A program made the translations under genes and the position numbers. The notes under the pieces were generated by a model. It saw nothing but the letters and a program-made list of their open reading frames with translations, ran no database searches and was not told the origin of the DNA. Shown piece after piece: positions 40,264-49,979 of a stretch of DNA of 64,000 bases. Source of the DNA: a virus; the IMG/VR virus record IMGVR_UViG_3300032291_003205, positions 1 to 64,000 of that record. One strand, 5' to 3'. Within the stretch, counting starts at the first letter, position 1. Each line of letters opens with the position of its first letter.

Positions 40264-42585
40264 ATGTCTAGGCCTATAGCATATAATGCTTCGGGTCCTT
40301 TGTCTGGTAGTATTAGAGGAGGATCTGTTAATTACACTGTAGATAGTGGTAATAGGGATTATACTACCTTTGCCTCTAAAAAATGGGTACCATCAGCAGA
40401 TGGGGTTGCCCCAATTGTATTTGTAACAGATACTTATACTCAAGGGTTTGAACTTAATCCTAGTTTAGCTGTACCTTTATTTTTTTCATGTAATGGAACA
40501 GGTTCAGCAGCTATTTTATACACGGCAAATCGTATACCGGGTTCACCAGGTAATTATAGTGATGCAAATGTTGCCTTAAATGATTTAATAAATGCTAGAG
40601 GTTATTTTATTTTAGAATCAAATGATCCGTTTGAAGGAATAGATGCTGATGGGTTGGCTTTAGATTTAGATGCTGCTAAAATGTCTTCTTATCCTCAAGT
40701 AGGTACTAACTGGCGTGATTTAAGTGGTAATGGGAATACAGGAGCTTTAACTAATGGACCAACTTGGAATTCAAATGGGTGGTTTGATTTTGATGGGATT
40801 GATGATTATGGTTTAGCCAGTAGAACACCATCTATCTCTCCTACTTCCGGGATTACCCAAGAAGCTTTAGTAAATTTTGATGCCGATAGTGCAGTTATAA
40901 TAGGATTACAGTATGGAGCTAGTTCAGATAACTCTTATGCTTTTTGGAGAGATGGTGCTAATTGGAATGGTCTAGTTAAAACATCCAGCGGAACTCAAGT
41001 TATACAATATAATCAAGTATTAACTACTGGAAGATGGATTCATTTTTTACATACCTATAGTGGTTCAACTCAATATCTGTATGTAAATGGAACTCAAGTT
41101 GCCTCATCCGGAGTATCTGGTGGTGATATTATATATGATTCTAATAATAATGTAGTAGTAATTGGAGGTGATTTTAACTCAGGATATAATGCTGGATTAG
41201 CCCTACCTCTCAATGGTAAATTAGCCAAAGTAGGTATATACAGTAAAGGATTATCTCAAACAGAAATTAATCAAAACTACTTCGGTTCACCAATAGTCAC
41301 AGACGGTCTAGTATTTGCTGTTGATGCTAATAATATAGTATCATATCCTAAATCAGGAACAGCATGGTATAATTTAACTGGTAGTGTAGGTACAGGTACA
41401 TTAACTAACGGACCTACATTTAACATAAATAATGGTGGTTCTATTAGATTTGATGGAGTTGATGATTTTGTAAATATCCCATATAATTCTTCTTTAGATA
41501 TTCCAACTGCTATTACTGTTGAAGTATGGGTAAAATATGCTTCTCAAGGAGAAATCGGTAGTGGTGGAAGAACATACTCCGTACTTAGTTATAAAGGATA
41601 TCCATGGACATGGTTATTAGAGGATATAAGTGGACAATTTAATTTTAGAATTTCAACAACATCCGATGGAGATAGTCGTCTTGATTCTAATTACTATCAT
41701 GGGGTTGAACGTTGGGATCATGTAGCTTGTACTTATAACGGCTCAACTCAATCTATTTATGTAAATGGAATTTTACAAAACAGTAAAAGTTTAACAGGAA
41801 CTATTATTACAAGTGGAACCACAATTGAATTAGGAACATATGGTACAGGTGATTACAGTTTTAATGGATGGTTAGCCAATCACAGAGTATACAACAGAGC
41901 ACTCTCAGCCGCCGAAGTTCAACAAAACTACCAAGCCGAACAATACAGATTTGAAACACCAGCAGGCCCAGCAACAAATGGATTATTATTATATTGGGAT
42001 GCAGGTAATTTAGATTCCTACCCAGGAACAGGTACTACAATTTATGATTTATCAGGAAATGGCAATAATGGTACTTTAGTAAATGGAGTAGGATATAATC
42101 AAACAAATGGTGGTGTATTAACTTTTGATGGTGTAGATGATGGTGTGTATTTAACCTCACTAAATTTATCAAGTACTAATAATACAGTAATGGGTGCTGC
42201 TCGTTATACAGGTACTACTCCTCATGGAAGGATGATTAGTGCTTATAATAACAACTGGTTAATTGGGTGTTGGAATAACTCAACTGAAAATTATTATGCT
42301 CAAGGTTGGGTATCACCGGTTCAAAATGGAGCTAATGATACTAATTGGAGAATAGTAACTGCTTTAGGAGATGTAGGAGCTGATAGTTATACTTCATATA
42401 TAAATAATACCCTTTCAGCTGGCCCTAATAATGGTGGATCACAAGGACCTGATGGTATTTTCATTAGTCCATCATCTGAACCAAGTACAGGCCAATTTAG
42501 TTTCTTATTAGTGTACAACAGAGTACTTACCGCAGCAGAAATGACTCAAAACTACAATTACTTTAAAGGAAGATTCGGACTCTAA
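40264..42585 (+). CDS. LamG repeat virion protein (anchor plus 3 modules)
   Basis: Three DA..SYP..G..W...FDG.DD...QNY modules. Confidence 0.88.
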   Translation: MSRPIAYNASGPLSGSIRGGSVNYTVDSGNRDYTTFASKKWVPSADGVAPIVFVTDTYTQGFELNPSLAVPLFFSCNGTGSAAILYTANRIPGSPGNYSDANVALNDLINARGYFILESNDPFEGIDADGLALDLDAAKMSSYPQVGTNWRDLSGNGNTGALTNGPTWNSNGWFDFDGIDDYGLASRTPSISPTSGITQEALVNFDADSAVIIGLQYGASSDNSYAFWRDGANWNGLVKTSSGTQVIQYNQVLTTGRWIHFLHTYSGSTQYLYVNGTQVASSGVSGGDIIYDSNNNVVVIGGDFNSGYNAGLALPLNGKLAKVGIYSKGLSQTEINQNYFGSPIVTDGLVFAVDANNIVSYPKSGTAWYNLTGSVGTGTLTNGPTFNINNGGSIRFDGVDDFVNIPYNSSLDIPTAITVEVWVKYASQGEIGSGGRTYSVLSYKGYPWTWLLEDISGQFNFRISTTSDGDSRLDSNYYHGVERWDHVACTYNGSTQSIYVNGILQNSKSLTGTIITSGTTIELGTYGTGDYSFNGWLANHRVYNRALSAAEVQQNYQAEQYRFETPAGPATNGLLLYWDAGNLDSYPGTGTTIYDLSGNGNNGTLVNGVGYNQTNGGVLTFDGVDDGVYLTSLNLSSTNNTVMGAARYTGTTPHGRMISAYNNNWLIGCWNNSTENYYAQGWVSPVQNGANDTNWRIVTALGDVGADSYTSYINNTLSAGPNNGGSQGPDGIFISPSSEPSTGQFSFLLVYNRVLTAAEMTQNYNYFKGRFGL

Positions 42586-44969
42586 TGCCACAACCAGTAT
42601 CATATAACCCCGGAACACCAGTATCAGGTAGTATACAAGAAAACAGTATATCATATGTTGTTGATGGTCAAAACCGTAACTACAGAGGTGGTTTCGGAGG
42701 ACTATCTTGGATGAGTGAAGTACCGGCGGCCAACAATGTTATTTTTATAGGTAACTCTGTTAGTTTAGGTAGAGGACCAGCTAACATACCTTTATTTTAT
42801 CCTTCATATAATAACAGTGCGGCCAATATTATTTATGCCGCTAATACATTACCGGGTTCACCTAGGAATTTTACAACTACCGCAAGTGCTTATAACTGGG
42901 CAGTAACAAATAATTTCTTTATTAATAATTCTGATAATCCTATTCCTAGAATTGATGCTGATAGTATGTTTTTGTGTTTAGATGCTGAACAAGCAACTTC
43001 ATTCCCACAAACAGGAACTAGTTGGTATGATATGAGTGGGGCAAATTATACAGTTACAGGTACTAATAATCCTACTTGGAATTATAATAATGGTAAATCA
43101 TATTGGCAATTTGATGGTACAGATGATTATTTTGCATTTTCCTCAACACCCCCAATAGCTCAAAGCACATATACATCAACTGTTGAAATTTGGGCTAAAT
43201 CAATTAATAATGTTCCAACATTTCAAGTAATGTTTGGTGGTGGTGTACAAAATACAAACCAAGGATATTATTATGGTTTTAGACAAGATAATGCAAATTT
43301 TATGTATGCTTTCTATGCTAATGACCAAGATGGATCTACACCAAGAGATAATAGAGTTTGGAATCACTATGTGGCTGTTTATAATCAAGCCACTGGAGCA
43401 AGATACAGGTATTTTAATGGGGAATTATTATCTCCATCCCAAGCATCGGGAGTAACTGCTACTTCAGCTAATAGTTTTACTATTGGTGCTTTTAAAGATG
43501 TTAATACTGGACCTCAATACTTCTATAATGGGTATATTTCTAAAGTTAGAGGATACAGTAAAGAATTAACTCAAGCTGAAATTAAACAAAATTATTTCCA
43601 AGGTAATATTGTTACTGGTAGTTTAGTATTCATGATGGATGCTAATAATATAATTTCATATGAAAGTTCAGGTACCCTAGTCTATTCATTAACAGGTTCA
43701 TTAAGTGGTTCATTAATAAATGGAGTTGGATATAATACAGGAAATGGAGGCAGTTGGGTATTTGATGGAACAGATGATTATATTAATTTTGGTCCTTTAG
43801 CAACAAATTCACCATTATCATTTACAAATGGTAATTTTACATTAGAACATTGGATTAAACCAACATCTCTTCAAAGTAGTACATATTTTGGTTTAACTAA
43901 TATAATATTATCTAAAGGTCCAGCTAGTACATTCAATTATGCAACCCAAGTTGTTGATGCTACAAGTGTTAGGTTTTATCATAGAGATAATAATGAAGGT
44001 TTATCTAATAATACATTTACAGTTCCTAATTTATTAAATGCATGTACCCATCTAGTGTTTGTTATTAATCCAGCAGGAACTCAAATTACTTTATATATGA
44101 ATGGTATTTTACAGCAAACACAAAATTTAACTGGAAATCCTATAACCCCCTATACAAATGATGAACTACTTATTGGTAGTCACTATGGACAGCAATATAC
44201 TAACTTTATTGGTAACATTTATACAAATAGAATATACAGTAGAGCACTCACCTCAGATGAAGTCCAACAAAACTACCAAGCAACCAAAGATAAATTCCTA
44301 GGTGAAAACATAGTAACAAACGGATTAGTACTTAATTTAGATTCTGCTAATAAAGATTCATATCCTGGAACAGGAACAACATGGTATGATTTAAGTGGAA
44401 ATGGAAATAACGGTACTTTACAAAATGGACCCTTGTTTATACCTAATCAAAATAGTGGTGTTTTATCATTTGATGGAGCAGATGATTTTGGGACAGCTGG
44501 TAGCTTTTTTACATATCAAGCATTCACAATTAATTTATGGATTAGACCAGGTTCATCTCAAACAACATATGCTGATATAATTGATAATAACCATACAGGA
44601 ACCCAGAACTGGGTATGTCAACAAAATGAAAATAACCTAAACCAATATGAATTTGCGGTACTTGGTGGGGGAGGTGCTTTTAGTACAACAGGATTATTCA
44701 CATTAACTTCAAATATATGGGTTAATTTAACTTTTACTTATGATGGTGACAAAGTAAGAGGATATAATAACGGATCTTTATTTGGAACTGGTATTTCTCT
44801 AGGTACTACTATTAACTATGTTGCTCCTACTTTTAACATAGGTAGATGGAATCTTGGAGGTAGAAATTGGAATGGACAGTATGGTATAATAAATGTTTAT
44901 AACAGAACATTATCTGCAGCAGAAATAACTCAAAACTATAATGCTGCCAAAACAAGATTTGGCCTTTAA
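42585..44969 (+). CDS. LamG repeat virion protein (anchor plus 3 modules)
   Basis: Three modules; ends QNYNAAKTRFGL. Confidence 0.88.
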   Translation: MPQPVSYNPGTPVSGSIQENSISYVVDGQNRNYRGGFGGLSWMSEVPAANNVIFIGNSVSLGRGPANIPLFYPSYNNSAANIIYAANTLPGSPRNFTTTASAYNWAVTNNFFINNSDNPIPRIDADSMFLCLDAEQATSFPQTGTSWYDMSGANYTVTGTNNPTWNYNNGKSYWQFDGTDDYFAFSSTPPIAQSTYTSTVEIWAKSINNVPTFQVMFGGGVQNTNQGYYYGFRQDNANFMYAFYANDQDGSTPRDNRVWNHYVAVYNQATGARYRYFNGELLSPSQASGVTATSANSFTIGAFKDVNTGPQYFYNGYISKVRGYSKELTQAEIKQNYFQGNIVTGSLVFMMDANNIISYESSGTLVYSLTGSLSGSLINGVGYNTGNGGSWVFDGTDDYINFGPLATNSPLSFTNGNFTLEHWIKPTSLQSSTYFGLTNIILSKGPASTFNYATQVVDATSVRFYHRDNNEGLSNNTFTVPNLLNACTHLVFVINPAGTQITLYMNGILQQTQNLTGNPITPYTNDELLIGSHYGQQYTNFIGNIYTNRIYSRALTSDEVQQNYQATKDKFLGENIVTNGLVLNLDSANKDSYPGTGTTWYDLSGNGNNGTLQNGPLFIPNQNSGVLSFDGADDFGTAGSFFTYQAFTINLWIRPGSSQTTYADIIDNNHTGTQNWVCQQNENNLNQYEFAVLGGGGAFSTTGLFTLTSNIWVNLTFTYDGDKVRGYNNGSLFGTGISLGTTINYVAPTFNIGRWNLGGRNWNGQYGIINVYNRTLSAAEITQNYNAAKTRFGL

Positions 44970-44970
44970 C

Positions 44971-45002
44971 TTGGCTTCCTAAAATATTATCATTATATTA
45001 CA
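44971..45002 (+). promoter_or_regulatory. TTGG-N19-TATATT promoter copy
   Basis: TTGG 44971-74, TATATT 44994-99. Confidence 0.7.
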
Positions 45003-45027
45003 CTATCAATTAAGTTTGATGATATTT

Positions 45028-45222
45028 ATGTCTATGACTAACGAAGAGCTAATCGAGGAATTGTACCACAAAGCTCATGCAAAGGGTTTCTTTCATGAGT
45101 TACATGAGAAAGTAAAAGAAGTAAAACAAAGTGGTATAAAAGAGTGTGAACATAGATTAGTTCAAAGAGCATATAGTGAGCTTAAAAAAATTAAGCTTGC
45201 ATTACCTACCCCACAAATTTAA
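45028..45222 (+). CDS. Hypothetical protein
   Basis: ORF track. Confidence 0.6.
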   Translation: MSMTNEELIEELYHKAHAKGFFHELHEKVKEVKQSGIKECEHRLVQRAYSELKKIKLALPTPQI

Positions 45223-45264
45223 TCCGTATATACGAACCCCATAAAATAAATAAGTTATAAATTC

Positions 45265-46278
45265 ATGATTGATAAACAAAAGGTATGTATTATAATAGGT
45301 AGTTACCCCCAAAACTATAAAGATAATACTTTACTTGGATTAACAATTGAAAGTTTTAAGTCCCAAGGCTATGATATATGTTTAGTATCTCATTCCCCAA
45401 TTAACCAAGAACTACAACAAGCAAGCAAATTTACAATATATTCAGATGAAAACCAAATACTAAATTTTCCAACACCATCAGTGGTGACAGAATTTTGTGA
45501 TGGAGATGATTTAAGATTCCAGACCAACCACGGAAATAGGGTTGGACAGCATTCATTTGCTGTTTTAATGAATCTAAAAAATGGGCTATGGTTATTGAAA
45601 AATAAAAAATACACTCATTTTATTTATGCTGAAAATGATACATTTTTAACTAGTAAGGATCAAAAATTATTAGAAAATAAATTAGAGGAATTTAATTTTA
45701 TGGAAAATGATTATTGGTTTATGCTTGAGAACCAACATACACAACTGGTGGCAACATCAATGTTTGGGGGAAAAATTGATGTATTTTCGGATACATTGGA
45801 TTCAATTAATTCCCCCGAGGATTATCTTAAAGTTGAGGCCTCGTCTTTAGAGGCATTTATGGGTAAATTATTTACTAATAAGGATTATTATTATGATGTT
45901 AAACCTAGGGATTTGTTTGAGAGTAAATGGCTAGGAATTTCTAGTTATTGCTCTATTAATTTTCCAGGTATTGACAGTAAGTTAACAGTAATGGTTGATA
46001 TTGTTAGGAATTTAAAGGATGAAGAAAATGTGTTTTTTATTGTAAATAAAAACGATAATGTAGAGGAGGTAAATGTAAGGCTTTATAGAGATAACCAAAT
46101 AGCTACAACAACTGATATAAAAACAGGTCCGTTGTATTATTGGGGGTATCAAAAACAAGATACTAACATTTGGAAGATGGAGGTGTGGATGAATGATAAA
46201 ATTATATCTCAAGTTGAAAGAACAACTGAGGAAATATTTTGGAACCGAATGTCTTATTTTGAAATTAAAAACAATTAA
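45265..46278 (+). CDS. Hypothetical protein, glycosyltransferase-like N-terminus
   Basis: DICLVSHSP, IYSDEN, FIYAEND. Confidence 0.55.
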   Translation: MIDKQKVCIIIGSYPQNYKDNTLLGLTIESFKSQGYDICLVSHSPINQELQQASKFTIYSDENQILNFPTPSVVTEFCDGDDLRFQTNHGNRVGQHSFAVLMNLKNGLWLLKNKKYTHFIYAENDTFLTSKDQKLLENKLEEFNFMENDYWFMLENQHTQLVATSMFGGKIDVFSDTLDSINSPEDYLKVEASSLEAFMGKLFTNKDYYYDVKPRDLFESKWLGISSYCSINFPGIDSKLTVMVDIVRNLKDEENVFFIVNKNDNVEEVNVRLYRDNQIATTTDIKTGPLYYWGYQKQDTNIWKMEVWMNDKIISQVERTTEEIFWNRMSYFEIKNN

Positions 46279-46282
46279 TAAA

Positions 46283-47005
46283 ATGAATATAAAAGATAGA
46301 TTATTATTGATAGCCGCTAGTTTTGCACTAGGGTGGTTATTAGTTGACGCAACTACAATGTCTATTAGTTCCGCGGCCCTAAACAGTACGTTGGTTATAG
46401 ACACTATTAAACACGTTAAACCACAGGACACCGTTGGAGCTAGTGTCCAACAGGACACTATTGTGGATGTTAAAGGTAAAAATGTACTGTTTATAGGGGA
46501 TTCACATACGGCCGCAGACTACGGATGGCAACACCAACTGTGTAAAAAAACACAAATGAGGTACTTAAACACAGCCGTTGGAGGTAAACAAACTGGATGG
46601 ATGTTGGAGGTAGCTAAACTGCATGTTAATTCAGGATACGATTACTGTTTTATTTACGGAGGGGCAAATGATATGGCAGGTAATAGAGCTCCTATTAAAT
46701 CAGTTAAAAATATACAAAAGATTGTAAACATGTGTTTGGCAAAACAAGTAACACCAATTGTGTTAACAGGTTTTGATCCAGTAAGTTGTATTAATGTTAA
46801 CGGCCGAGATGTATACAAAGGATATCCACAACGCTATGCCAAGTTTCAACAACTGTTAGTTGATTCGATTGTAGGGGCTAAAGTATTGAAAACACATTGT
46901 ATTTCAAGGACCGATTGTGGAGACTTTTTATGCCACATGACAGCCTCAGGTCATAGGAAGATGACAAGCTTTATTATTTTAGCTTGTAGATTTAAAACAT
47001 ATTAA
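46283..47005 (+). CDS. SGNH/GDSL hydrolase with N-terminal signal/TM segment
   Basis: FIGDSHT, GG, GGANDM, DFLCH catalytic blocks. Confidence 0.85.
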   Translation: MNIKDRLLLIAASFALGWLLVDATTMSISSAALNSTLVIDTIKHVKPQDTVGASVQQDTIVDVKGKNVLFIGDSHTAADYGWQHQLCKKTQMRYLNTAVGGKQTGWMLEVAKLHVNSGYDYCFIYGGANDMAGNRAPIKSVKNIQKIVNMCLAKQVTPIVLTGFDPVSCINVNGRDVYKGYPQRYAKFQQLLVDSIVGAKVLKTHCISRTDCGDFLCHMTASGHRKMTSFIILACRFKTY

Positions 47006-47021
47006 TTATATTTAGGTGATT

Positions 47022-47168
47022 ATGTGGTTACAGAATAATTTTAAATTAGTTATGATTGGTGGGTTGGCTTTAATACTAGGTTTAAGTTTTATGGGTGCTA
47101 GGCAAACTCATAAAGAAATTAAGAAGGGCGAGGCCCAATGGTTATTAAAAAAGAAGAAAAATAAATGA
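47022..47168 (+). CDS. Small membrane protein (48 aa)
   Basis: Manual translation; hydrophobic helix; ATGA overlap. Confidence 0.5.
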   Translation: MWLQNNFKLVMIGGLALILGLSFMGARQTHKEIKKGEAQWLLKKKKNK

Positions 47169-48031
47169 AAAAAATTATAGCACTGTTAATGCTTTTGGTC
47201 TCCTTAGCATCAGTGAACGCAAAATGTGATTGGAGCTCACTAAAACTCCAACAATGGAACAATCGTAATTACTATAAATGGTATGTGAGTGGAAAAGCAT
47301 TAGATGACACTTGTGTTGATTGGATGTTTATGATTTACGATTTTCAAACCAAGAAAACCGACACTGTATGGGACAACAAAGGTATTTGTGAAGTTCAATT
47401 CAACAAAAAAGGTAAATACAAAATGTATTTGAAGGTTTGGAACAGATGTAAAAAGTGTGATACAGCATTGTTTCGTGAAGTAAATATTATCTATTTTCCT
47501 AAATGCACATTTACTTATGGGATGAGAAGTTCTAAAGGTAATAATTGTGCTGATAGTATGGTCGGTGAAATGAGTTTAGGACCTTGGACTAAAGGTGATA
47601 CTTGTTGGCAGTGGTGGTCTTATATTTACAATAGTAAAGAATTAAATGACTTATCACAGAGTGATTGGGATTCAATGAGTAATGAGCAATTATATAACTA
47701 CTACGATTTTAACGATACTGGAATGATATTTTATCAGGGTCCAACAAATGCTGCTCGTAGGATTGAATACAAATTCCCACGCGATGGAAAATACTTGGTA
47801 GTAACTCAATGGTATAACAAATGTTTAAGTCAAGATACGTTCTTCTTTACTCGTATTACTGTTAAATGTAGTAAAGTAACAAGTGTTGAGAAAATTGTTA
47901 AGAATGAGAATTTAAAAATAATTGGTTACTATGATATGATTGGCCGTAAGGTTGAGTATATGGAAGTTGATAAACCATATGTTATTATTTATAGTAATGG
48001 TAAGCGTCAAAAAGTAATTAGAACAAAATAA
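47165..48031 (+). CDS. Secreted Cys-rich protein with T9SS-sorting-like C-terminus
   Basis: Signal peptide MKKIIALLMLLVSLASVNA; C-terminus YYDMIGRKV...YVIIYSNGKRQKVI. Confidence 0.65.
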   Translation: MKKIIALLMLLVSLASVNAKCDWSSLKLQQWNNRNYYKWYVSGKALDDTCVDWMFMIYDFQTKKTDTVWDNKGICEVQFNKKGKYKMYLKVWNRCKKCDTALFREVNIIYFPKCTFTYGMRSSKGNNCADSMVGEMSLGPWTKGDTCWQWWSYIYNSKELNDLSQSDWDSMSNEQLYNYYDFNDTGMIFYQGPTNAARRIEYKFPRDGKYLVVTQWYNKCLSQDTFFFTRITVKCSKVTSVEKIVKNENLKIIGYYDMIGRKVEYMEVDKPYVIIYSNGKRQKVIRTK

Positions 48032-48050
48032 TTTAAAAATATTTCATAAG

Positions 48051-48103
48051 AGGGTTGGCTTTTGCCAACCCTTTTTGTATATTCACGTATAATAAAAGTT
48101 ATG
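48051..48103 (+). terminator. Terminator hairpin fused with a TTGG-N19-TATATT promoter
   Basis: AGGGTTGGC-tttt-GCCAACCCT-TTTT-gTATATTcac. Confidence 0.85.
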
Positions 48104-48523
48104 GAAAAAATAGAATACACTAATCGTTACAATGATGTTTTTACATTCACTAAAACAGAGGATGGAAACATTTTATTTGAAGGAGAATTTAAATGGATGC
48201 GTTGTAGTTGGCCTAATGTTTATGATAGAGCTTATGAAGCATATTGTGCTGATGCTGATACTGATGAGCGAATGACTTTAGGTGAATTTAAAACCGCTGT
48301 TCATGAGTATGATAAGGAAACATTCAAATCAACCCCATTAGCTAAAAAATATCAAGGTTTAGTTTACTCAAATACAAAAGTAATTGATTCAATAGATCCA
48401 AGTGGGGGCCCATATTTACATAGTGGTTATGATATGGGAATGTTTGATAAATCATTTAAAGGAATGATTGTTGAAGAATTTAAATCAACTCCAGAAGGAT
48501 ATTTACTAATAATTAAAAAATAA
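48101..48523 (+). CDS. Hypothetical protein
   Basis: NRY.D and IDPSGGPY. Confidence 0.7.
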   Translation: MEKIEYTNRYNDVFTFTKTEDGNILFEGEFKWMRCSWPNVYDRAYEAYCADADTDERMTLGEFKTAVHEYDKETFKSTPLAKKYQGLVYSNTKVIDSIDPSGGPYLHSGYDMGMFDKSFKGMIVEEFKSTPEGYLLIIKK

Positions 48524-48526
48524 GTT

Positions 48527-48883
48527 ATGGAAAACAATTTTATCTACAATTTAAGCGAGACCGAATATTTGGTATTTAAAACCCAACGAGATTACTTTGA
48601 ACTATTCAGCGGACATGAAGGTTCAGAAACAAATAGTAAACTAGCTACCTACAAAGGTGGTAGATGGATATTTAAAGATTATAATCAAAAGAAACTATTT
48701 TGGTTTTTGTTTAGTATCTATAAAAAGGATTTTGGTAAAGCGCTTAAACAATATATTCGCTCACAACAAGAAAAACCTAAAACATTGATTTTTACTTGTG
48801 CTAAACGAAGAGTTGATATTAAAATTACAAAAATGAAGCGTAATGTGTGGGATTGGTTTTATGGAACATTTTATGGCAAATAG
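48527..48883 (+). CDS. Hypothetical protein
   Basis: ORF track. Confidence 0.65.
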   Translation: MENNFIYNLSETEYLVFKTQRDYFELFSGHEGSETNSKLATYKGGRWIFKDYNQKKLFWFLFSIYKKDFGKALKQYIRSQQEKPKTLIFTCAKRRVDIKITKMKRNVWDWFYGTFYGK

Positions 48884-49967
48884 ATTAGACGAACAGTATC
48901 AAAGCTTACTCCAAGACATTATTGATTTTGGGGTTGACAAGCAAGATAGAACGGGAACTGGAACTAAAAGTATTTTTGGTTACATGATTCATCATAACAT
49001 GAGGAATGGTTTTCCATTACTAACTACTAAAAAGGTCCCATTCAAAACAATGGCTATTGAACTGATGTGGTTTTTGATGGGTGATACAAATATTAAGTAT
49101 TTAGTTGATAACAATTGTCATATTTGGGATGGGGACTGCTATAAGAACTATTTAAAACATTATAATATACTCGCTGAGGATTTAAATGAGTGGCAAAAAG
49201 AAAATATACCTCCTCTAACTCAAGAACAGTTTATTGATGCTATCAAAACAGACGAAGAGTTTGCTAAGAAGTGGGGTGAATTAGGACCAATCTATGGTAA
49301 GCAGTGGAGAGCATTTGATGAAGAGGAATGGGGCGGTATAGACCAAATAACAAACCTAATTAACGAGCTCAAAACAAATCCAGATTCAAGACGATTAATA
49401 GTTACAGCTTGGAATCCATCTTATCAGCATCAAATGGTTCTTCCACCTTGTCATTATGGATTTCAAGTTTATACAAGAGAGTTGAATAGAGCAGAAAGAG
49501 TAGAAAATTACAACTCTATGTTTGAAAATAAAATAGACATACCATTCATAAAAGTAAACTTAGGAGACGTAATAGAAAATACTATTGATACAGCTTTAAC
49601 TCAAGCTAACATACCAACTAGAGCAATCTCATTATCTTGGAATCAACGTTCCGTGGATGTGTTTCTAGGTTTGCCGTTTAATATTGCTTCATACGGTCTA
49701 TTACTTGAGATGATTGCTCATGAGGTAAATATGGTGCCTGAACATTTAATTGGTCATTTAGGCGATACACATTTGTATTCAAACCATATTGAACAAGCTA
49801 AAGAACAAATCAGTAGAGAACCTAAAGAATTACCCACATTAAAAATGAGTTCAGGTCATAATTTTAGAGCAGCAATGGCTGGTAAAGTAGATGAAATTGA
49901 TTTGAATGATTTTATTTTATTAGGATATGAACCACACCCAACAATTAAAGCACCTTTATCAAACTAA
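48873..49967 (+). CDS. thyA: Thymidylate synthase
   Basis: DRTGTGT, FPLLTTKK, LGPIYGKQWR, LPPCH, QRSVDVFLGLPFNIASY, DTHLYSNH. Confidence 0.97.
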   Translation: MANRLDEQYQSLLQDIIDFGVDKQDRTGTGTKSIFGYMIHHNMRNGFPLLTTKKVPFKTMAIELMWFLMGDTNIKYLVDNNCHIWDGDCYKNYLKHYNILAEDLNEWQKENIPPLTQEQFIDAIKTDEEFAKKWGELGPIYGKQWRAFDEEEWGGIDQITNLINELKTNPDSRRLIVTAWNPSYQHQMVLPPCHYGFQVYTRELNRAERVENYNSMFENKIDIPFIKVNLGDVIENTIDTALTQANIPTRAISLSWNQRSVDVFLGLPFNIASYGLLLEMIAHEVNMVPEHLIGHLGDTHLYSNHIEQAKEQISREPKELPTLKMSSGHNFRAAMAGKVDEIDLNDFILLGYEPHPTIKAPLSN

Positions 49968-49979
49968 AAAATAAAAATT

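Noticed and set aside
33236-44969. Diversity-generating retroelement acting on the LamG genes
   Set aside because: No reverse transcriptase is present in the window, and no TR/VR pair differing only at adenines was seen.
45225-45240. Palindrome CGTATATACG with an inverted GGGGTTCGTATAT promoter-like core
   Set aside because: No -33 element at the 19-nt spacing on the minus strand and no downstream minus-strand gene.
48873-49967. ThyA as a base-modifying hydroxymethylase
   Set aside because: The catalytic PCH and dUMP-specifying PFN motifs are canonical; the insertions fall in variable regions.
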